Source of the DNA: an uncultured Faecalibacterium sp.
Lineage (GTDB): Bacteria; Bacillota; Clostridia; Oscillospirales; Ruminococcaceae
Length of the DNA: 64,000 nt
Reading direction: 5' to 3'
Assembly (NCBI GenBank): GCA_937993755.1
Contig: CALKMA010000006.1
Location: 14,130-78,129 of the forward strand
The position numbers and the translations under genes are program-made. Below, one piece after another: positions 59,094 through 64,000 of the stretch (its first letter is position 1; each line of letters begins with the position of its first letter). The notes under the pieces are model-generated. The model ran no database searches, was not told where the DNA came from, and saw only the letters and a program-made list of their open reading frames with translations.

Positions 59094-59212
59094 GGCGTTG
59101 GAGGGATAGAGACGCGCGGCCGCCTTGCGCGTTGGCGGTCAGGCGAGACGCGGATCCGGGGGACAGTTGCCCCGCGCCGCCAGAGCCCGTTGTCTAAGGA
59201 GAGGATAGCCAT

Positions 59213-59400
59213 ATCAGCGCTTTTTGACGATCATCCCGCGCCGGTACAGCCCACTGTCTAATAAGTAAGGAGAGAACAGCCATATTGACGCTTTTTGACG
59301 GTCATCCCGCGCCGGCGCAGCCCGCCGCCTAATAGGAGAAAAGAGTTATGTCGGCGCTTTTTGACGATCATCCCGCGCCGGTACGGTTCGCCGCGGCGAG
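59213..59400. repeat. tandem repeat ~68-bp unit x3: decayed copies of RBS + 5' end of a small ORF
   Basis: Units …aggaga(g/a)…(atatcagc/atattgac/ttatgtcg)gcgctttttgacg(a/g)tcatcccgcgccgg(t/c)(a/g)c…; only the third retains the ATG (59348). Confidence 0.6.
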
Positions 59401-59479
59401 CCGGCGAAGAGAGGCCGAGAAGGAGCTTCCGTTTTCAGAAGCGCCTGACGCCGGCAAGAAGGAAAATCAGCCGCCGTAA
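59348..59479 (+). CDS. hypothetical 43-aa ORF with strong RBS
   Basis: taGGAGaaaagagttATG; MSALFDDHPAPVRFAAASRREAEKELPFSEAPDAGKKENQPP. Confidence 0.2.
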   Translation: MSALFDDHPAPVRFAAASRRREAEKELPFSEAPDAGKKENQPP

Positions 59480-59601
59480 AAACAGGCTTCCGGTTCGGCC
59501 GGCGGGCCGATCGGACTCACTGCGACGGGAAGAAGGCTCCGACGCAGGCCGGTGTTATACGCTTGGCCGATGACCGGCGCCGTGCGCCCCGGAGGGTCTT
59601 G

Positions 59602-61986
59602 TCAGCTCCTGAGCACGGCGCCCAGCTGCGCCAGCGCCGCGAGCGCCTTCTTGACGGCGCTGTCGGCCTCCTCGTCGGTCAGCGTGCGTTCGGGGGAGCG
59701 CAGCGTCAGCCCGAAGGCGATGCTCTTTTTGCCGGCCGGCACCTGCTCGCCCTCATAGACGTCAAAGACGCGGATGCCGGCGAGGATGGCGCCGCACTGC
59801 CTGCGGATGACCGCTTCGATATCGGAGCACAGCACCTGCTTGTCGCAGACGATGGCAAGATCGCGCGTCAGCGCCGGGAAGCGCGGCATACCGCGGTACT
59901 GCGGCAGCGAGCCGCGGCCGTCAAACAGCTTTTTGAGGTCAAGGTCCGCCACATAGGCGCGCTTTTTGAGGCCGTAATTCTTCAGCACGACGGGATGGAG
60001 CTCACCGAGGCAGCCGATGCGTTCACCGCCGAGCAGCACGTCGGCGCAGCGGCCGGGGTGGTAGGAGGCATTGTCGGTGCAGGGTACAAAGTCAAAGGAT
60101 ACATGGGCCATGGAGGCCAGCGCCTCCAGCAGACCCTTGATGGAATAGAAGCTCTCGCCCTCGCCGTAGGCGCCGATGATGAGCTTTTTGCGCTCGTCGG
60201 GCAGCTCGGCGGGATCGGGGTCGGCGATGTATTCGGTGGCCTGCTCGAACAGACGGGCGGCCGGGTGGCGGGAGCTGGCATTGAGCGCCAGCGTGTCGAG
60301 CATCGAGCAGACAGCCGTGGTGCGCAGCAGGGAGGTCTCCTCGCCGAACGGGTTGATGATGCGCACGGCACGGCGCAGGAGGCTGTCCTCCGGCACGCGC
60401 AGCTGGCTGAGCGCCTTGGGATTCATAAAGGAGGTGGTCGATATCTCATCGGCCCCGCCGGCCAGGCAGAGCTCGGTCACGGCGCGAAGGAACTTCTGCC
60501 ATTCGGTGCGGCCGGCCGTGGCCACGCCGGTCATGACCGTAGTCGGGATGTTGTCATAGCCGTAGAGGCGGGCGATCTCCTCGCTGACGTCGGCAAAGGC
60601 CTCCACATCGCGCCGCCAGCCCGGCGGAACGACAGTAAGCTCCTCATCGGGGCCGGAGACGCCGATGTCAAGACGTGTCAGATAGTCGCGCATGGCGGCG
60701 ACGGGAATATCGGTGCCGAGGAAAGCGTTGACGCGCGCCGGCGATACCTTGATGACATTGACGGGCAGGCGGTCGCCGCGCACATCGACGCAGCCGTCTA
60801 CTACGTCGCCGGCGTCAAGCTCGCGGACCAGCTCCAGCGCGCGGGCGAGGGCCGGCATGGTGTTTTCGGGGTCGAGCCCCTTTTCATAGCGGGTCGAGGC
60901 GTCGGTGCGCATACCCAGCGCCTTGGCGGTGGCGCGGTTGTTGATGCCCTCAAAGCAGGCCGATTCGAAAATAACGGTGTTGGTATCGTCATAGATGCCG
61001 CTGTATTCGCCGCCCATGACGCCGGCCACGGCAATGGGCTTCTCGCTGTCGGCAATGATGAGCATCCTGTCGGTCAGCTCGCGCTCAACGCCGTCGAGCG
61101 TCGTGATGGTCTCGCCCGGCCGGGCAAGGCGCACAACGATGTGATCGTCCTTGACGTTGCGCTCGTCAAAGGCGTGCATCGGCTGGTTGTATTCCAGCAT
61201 GACATAGTTGGTGATGTCCACGATGTTGTTGATGGGGCGCACGCCGCACTCGCGCAGGCGGGTGCGCATCCACAGCGGCGACGGCTTGATGCGCACGTTG
61301 CGCACGAATGCGCCGGTGTAGCGGTAGCACAGCGACGGCTCGGCGATATCGACCGTCAGCATCGTAGCTGCCTCGCCGCCCGGCGTAAGGTCGGCGGCGC
61401 GCCTGAATTTGAAGGGAACGTTGAAGGTGGCGGCGGCCTCGCGGGCGATGCCGACCGCGCACAGACAGTCGGGCCGGTTGGAGGTGATCTCGAACTCAAA
61501 AACATCGTCGTCGAGCGCCAGCGCCTTTTCGATAGGGGTGCCGGCCTTGAGCGACGGGTCGAGGATCATGATGCCGTTCTCGATGCACTCAGGAAAGTCG
61601 CCGGTTGTCAGCCCCAGCTCGCCGAGCGAGCAGAGCATTCCGTTGGAATCGACGCCGCGCAGCTTGCCGCGCTTGATGTGAGCGCCGTTCGGCAGCAGGC
61701 TGCCGTGCAGCGCCGCCGGAACGGTGTCGCCCGCTTTGACGTTCTGCGCGCCCGTCACGATCTGCACGGTCTCTCCGCCGATGTCAATCCGGCAGATCCA
61801 GAGGTGATCGGAATCGGGGTGGCGCTCGATCGAGACGACCTTGCCGACAACGACATTGCGGATCTTGTCGGCGGGATTTTCAAAGCCCTCGCATTTGGTG
61901 CCGGTCATGGTGATGCGGTGGGCAAAGGTGAGCGGGGAAGCATCGATATCGCAGTATTCTTTAATCCATCTGTAAGGTACTCTCAT
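59602..61986 (-). CDS. pheT: phenylalanine--tRNA ligase beta subunit
   Basis: 794 aa, MRVPYRWIKEYCDIDASP… with tRNA-binding, B3/B4 and B5 domains. Confidence 0.95.
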   Translation of the reverse strand: MRVPYRWIKEYCDIDASPLTFAHRITMTGTKCEGFENPADKIRNVVVGKVVSIERHPDSDHLWICRIDIGGETVQIVTGAQNVKAGDTVPAALHGSLLPNGAHIKRGKLRGVDSNGMLCSLGELGLTTGDFPECIENGIMILDPSLKAGTPIEKALALDDDVFEFEITSNRPDCLCAVGIAREAAATFNVPFKFRRAADLTPGGEAATMLTVDIAEPSLCYRYTGAFVRNVRIKPSPLWMRTRLRECGVRPINNIVDITNYVMLEYNQPMHAFDERNVKDDHIVVRLARPGETITTLDGVERELTDRMLIIADSEKPIAVAGVMGGEYSGIYDDTNTVIFESACFEGINNRATAKALGMRTDASTRYEKGLDPENTMPALARALELVRELDAGDVVDGCVDVRGDRLPVNVIKVSPARVNAFLGTDIPVAAMRDYLTRLDIGVSGPDEELTVVPPGWRRDVEAFADVSEEIARLYGYDNIPTTVMTGVATAGRTEWQKFLRAVTELCLAGGADEISTTSFMNPKALSQLRVPEDSLLRRAVRIINPFGEETSLLRTTAVCSMLDTLALNASSRHPAARLFEQATEYIADPDPAELPDERKKLIIGAYGEGESFYSIKGLLEALASMAHVSFDFVPCTDNASYHPGRCADVLLGGERIGCLGELHPVVLKNYGLKKRAYVADLDLKKLFDGRGSLPQYRGMPRFPALTRDLAIVCDKQVLCSDIEAVIRRQCGAILAGIRVFDVYEGEQVPAGKKSIAFGLTLRSPERTLTDEEADSAVKKALAALAQLGAVLRS

Positions 61987-62001
61987 AAGTCAAACCCTCC
62001 C

Positions 62002-63021
62002 TTAAAACTGTTCGAGGAAGCTGATATCGTCCTCCAGCAGCAGCCGCAGATCGTCGATGGCATAGCGCATGGTGGTGATGCGCTCCAGCCCGATGCCGAA
62101 GGCAAAGCCGCTGTAGACACTCGAATCAATGCCGCAGCCCTCCAGCACCTTGGGATGGACCATGCCGCAGCCGAGAATCTCAATAAAGCCCTCGCCCTTG
62201 CACAGCGAGCAGCCCTTGCCGCCGCATTTGAAGCAGGTGCAGTCCATCTCGGCCGAAGGCTCGGTGAACGGGAAATGATGGGGGCGGAAGCGGAGCCTGG
62301 TATTTTCGCCGTACAGCTTCTTGGCAAATTCGCCGAGCGTGCCGCGCAGGTCGGACATGGTGATGCCCTTATCGACGACCAGCCCCTCGATCTGTGTAAA
62401 GACGGGGGAGTGGGTGGCGTCAGCCGTGTCGGAGCGGAAGACGCGGCCGGGGGCGATGACGCGGATGGGCGGCTTCTGCCTGAGCATGGTGCGCACCTGC
62501 ACGGGGGAGGTCTGGGTGCGCAGCAGGATATTGTCGGTGACATAGAAGGTGTCCTGCGTGTCGCGCGCCGGGTGGCCCTGCGGGATGTTGAGCATTTCGA
62601 AATTGTATTTGTCGTATTCGACCTCAGGCCCCTCCACAATGTTGAAGCCCATGCCGAGGAAGATATCCTCCAGCTCGCTGAGTACGCGCAGCATGGGGTG
62701 GCGGTGGCCGAGTTTCAGCTGCTCGCCCGGCAGCGTTACGTCGAGCGCCTCGGACTTGAGCTTGGCCTCCAGCGCGCGCTCCGACATGACCCTGAGCAGG
62801 CCCGACAGCCTTTCCTCGACCTCGGTGCGGACTTCATTGGCCTCCTTGCCGAAGGCAGGGCGTTCCTCGGCCGAAAGCGAGCCCATCTGCTTGAGTACAG
62901 CGGTGATCTCGCCTTTTTTGCCGAGCAGTTTCACGCGAAGCGCCTCCAGCTCGGAGATGTCGCGTGCGGCGTTCAGCTTTTCAAGGGCGTCGCGCCTGAT
63001 GCTTTGCAGTAGTTCGTTCAT
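62002..63021 (-). CDS. pheS: phenylalanine--tRNA ligase alpha subunit
   Basis: 339 aa with class II aaRS motifs (FRPHHFPFTEPSAEMD; GFAFGIGLERI). Confidence 0.95.
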   Translation of the reverse strand: MNELLQSIRRDALEKLNAARDISELEALRVKLLGKKGEITAVLKQMGSLSAEERPAFGKEANEVRTEVEERLSGLLRVMSERALEAKLKSEALDVTLPGEQLKLGHRHPMLRVLSELEDIFLGMGFNIVEGPEVEYDKYNFEMLNIPQGHPARDTQDTFYVTDNILLRTQTSPVQVRTMLRQKPPIRVIAPGRVFRSDTADATHSPVFTQIEGLVVDKGITMSDLRGTLGEFAKKLYGENTRLRFRPHHFPFTEPSAEMDCTCFKCGGKGCSLCKGEGFIEILGCGMVHPKVLEGCGIDSSVYSGFAFGIGLERITTMRYAIDDLRLLLEDDISFLEQF

Positions 63022-63034
63022 ATTCTCTCCTTTA

Positions 63035-63340
63035 TTTTTGGGTCAAGACAATAAAAAAGCCCCGCCCCTGACCGGGACGAAGCGAAGGCTCCGCGGTACC
63101 ACCCGTCTTTTTGCCTGAAAGCAAACACTCAACGGCCCTTTACGCGGGCGGACGTCCCGGCCTACTGCGCTTTTCAGCCGGGCCGCTCCGGGGCGAACTT
63201 CACAGCATGGTCCCGCCTGCGCCCGCTTACAGCCTGCGGCGGGTGCTCTCTGCCTGGGGAGCCGATGCTGCTACTTTTCCCTTTCACAGCGTTTCGATCG
63301 TGTCCAGTATACCACGCCCGATTGGGACTTGCAAGTATTT
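63035..63340 (-). promoter_or_regulatory. T-box riboswitch leader of pheST with its promoter
   Basis: The minus strand reads GGGTGGTACCGCGG (reverse complement of 63091-63104), the T-box consensus, followed by a GC stem and a U-run (reverse complement of 63040-63075) before pheS; minus-strand promoter TTGCAA (63334-63329), 17 nt, TATACT (63311-63306). Confidence 0.7.
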
Positions 63341-63390
63341 CTTGTACGGGTATAATAAATAATAGAAGGAAGAAAGCGGAGGAGCTGCCT

Positions 63391-63750
63391 ATGATTGCCG
63401 GGATCGGCTGCGATATGATAGAAATTGGCCGCATAGAGAGGAGCTGCCGGAGCGATCGCTTTATGGCGCGCGTTTTTTCGCCGGCCGAGCGGACCGCCTA
63501 TGCCGGCTGCGCTTCCAGACTGGCCGGCTGCTTTGCCGTCAAGGAGGCGCTCTCCAAGGCGCTCGGAACGGGCGTGCGCGGCTTTTCGTTGGCCGAGATC
63601 TCGGTGCTGCGCGATGCGCTCGGCAAGCCCTATGTTATTGCGGAGGGCCGTGCGGCCGCGCTGGTGGGAGAGCGGCGGATCCATGCCTCGATCACCAACA
63701 CCGCTTGCGAGGCGCTGGCCTTTGTAATACTGGAGGAGGATACGTTATGA
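63391..63750 (+). CDS. acpS: holo-[acyl-carrier-protein] synthase
   Basis: 119 aa beginning MIAGIGCDMIEIGRIE… with the …FAVKEALSKALGTG… motifs; RBS GGAGGAG. Confidence 0.85.
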   Translation: MIAGIGCDMIEIGRIERSCRSDRFMARVFSPAERTAYAGCASRLAGCFAVKEALSKALGTGVRGFSLAEISVLRDALGKPYVIAEGRAAALVGERRIHASITNTACEALAFVILEEDTL

Positions 63751-64000
63751 CGGCAGAGATGCTTTCGGACAGGCGCGCCGAGAAAGCTGCGGCCGCCGCG
63801 GCGCTTGGGAGGCGGATCGTGACGGCCGGGCAGCAGCGCGCCATTGAGCGAGAGGCTGTTTTGCGCGGCCTTTCGGAGGATAAAATGATGGAGGAGGCCG
63901 GCTTTGGCTCGGCCGAGCTTCTTTTCCGGCGGTATGCCCTGCGCGGGCGGCGGGTCCTGGTGCTGTGCGGCAGCGGCGGCAACGGGGGCGACGGCTATGC
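63747..64000 (+). CDS. NAD(P)H-hydrate epimerase/dehydratase (YjeF N-terminal domain), 5' fragment continuing beyond window
   Basis: MTAEMLSDRRAEKAA… ending LVLCGSGGNGGDGY at the window edge (YjeF_N signature). Confidence 0.65.
   Translation, partial: MTAEMLSDRRAEKAAAAAALGRRIVTAGQQRAIEREAVLRGLSEDKMMEEAGFGSAELLFRRYALRGRRVLVLCGSGGNGGDGY

Noticed and set aside
59213-59400. CRISPR-like look (about 30-bp repeats separated by ~38-bp 'spacers')
   Set aside because: The spacer segments are homologous to each other, so this is a diverging tandem repeat. There are only 3 units, no cas genes, and the repeat includes an RBS and start codon.
59563-63012. 1149-aa ORF on the plus strand
   Set aside because: It is the antisense shadow of pheT and pheS, both highly confident on the minus strand. 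Its translation is a low-complexity GC artefact.

Overview
This window comes from a high-GC (about 65-70%) Firmicutes/Clostridia-type chromosome. It opens with the 3' end of the conserved ribosomal/RNAP operon (infA-rpmJ-rpsM-rpsK-rpsD-rpoA-rplQ) and a clean terminator. Conserved synteny breaks immediately after rplQ, which is followed by accessory content: a 194-bp tandem repeat array; a CDF metal transporter; an ~11.5-kb compact phage-like morphogenesis and lysis cluster (small and large terminase, portal, scaffold-like, major capsid, tail proteins, tail fibre, holin(s) and an M23 lysin) with no integrase, repressor or replication genes; a low-GC (~47-50%) ~8-kb island encoding an ascorbate-family PTS (IIC/IIB/IIA), a DeoR regulator, two BtpA/SgcQ TIM-barrel proteins, a phosphotriesterase-family hydrolase and a creatininase-family amidase; a cluster of small detoxification or drug-modification genes (GNAT, Vat-type streptogramin acetyltransferase, CAT, isochorismatase, nitroreductase, SAM methyltransferase) with an orphan clpP and an in-frame response-regulator/histidine-kinase deletion fusion; and a translationally coupled serine-palmitoyltransferase-like alpha-oxoamine synthase + SDR pair. 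Housekeeping genes recognised: murD, tdh-kbl, pckA, comM, a phosphoglucomutase, nagA, pheST (with a T-box leader) and acpS. A recurring feature is young tandem duplications in intergenic or 5' regions (194 bp x3.6, 286 bp x2, 175 bp x2.5, 182 bp x2, ~68 bp x3, ~32 bp x3); two of them duplicate the ribosome-binding site plus start of the downstream gene. No rRNA, tRNA, CRISPR array or transposase was seen. Protein identifications rest on reading the supplied ORF translations and recalled family motifs; nothing was searched against a database.
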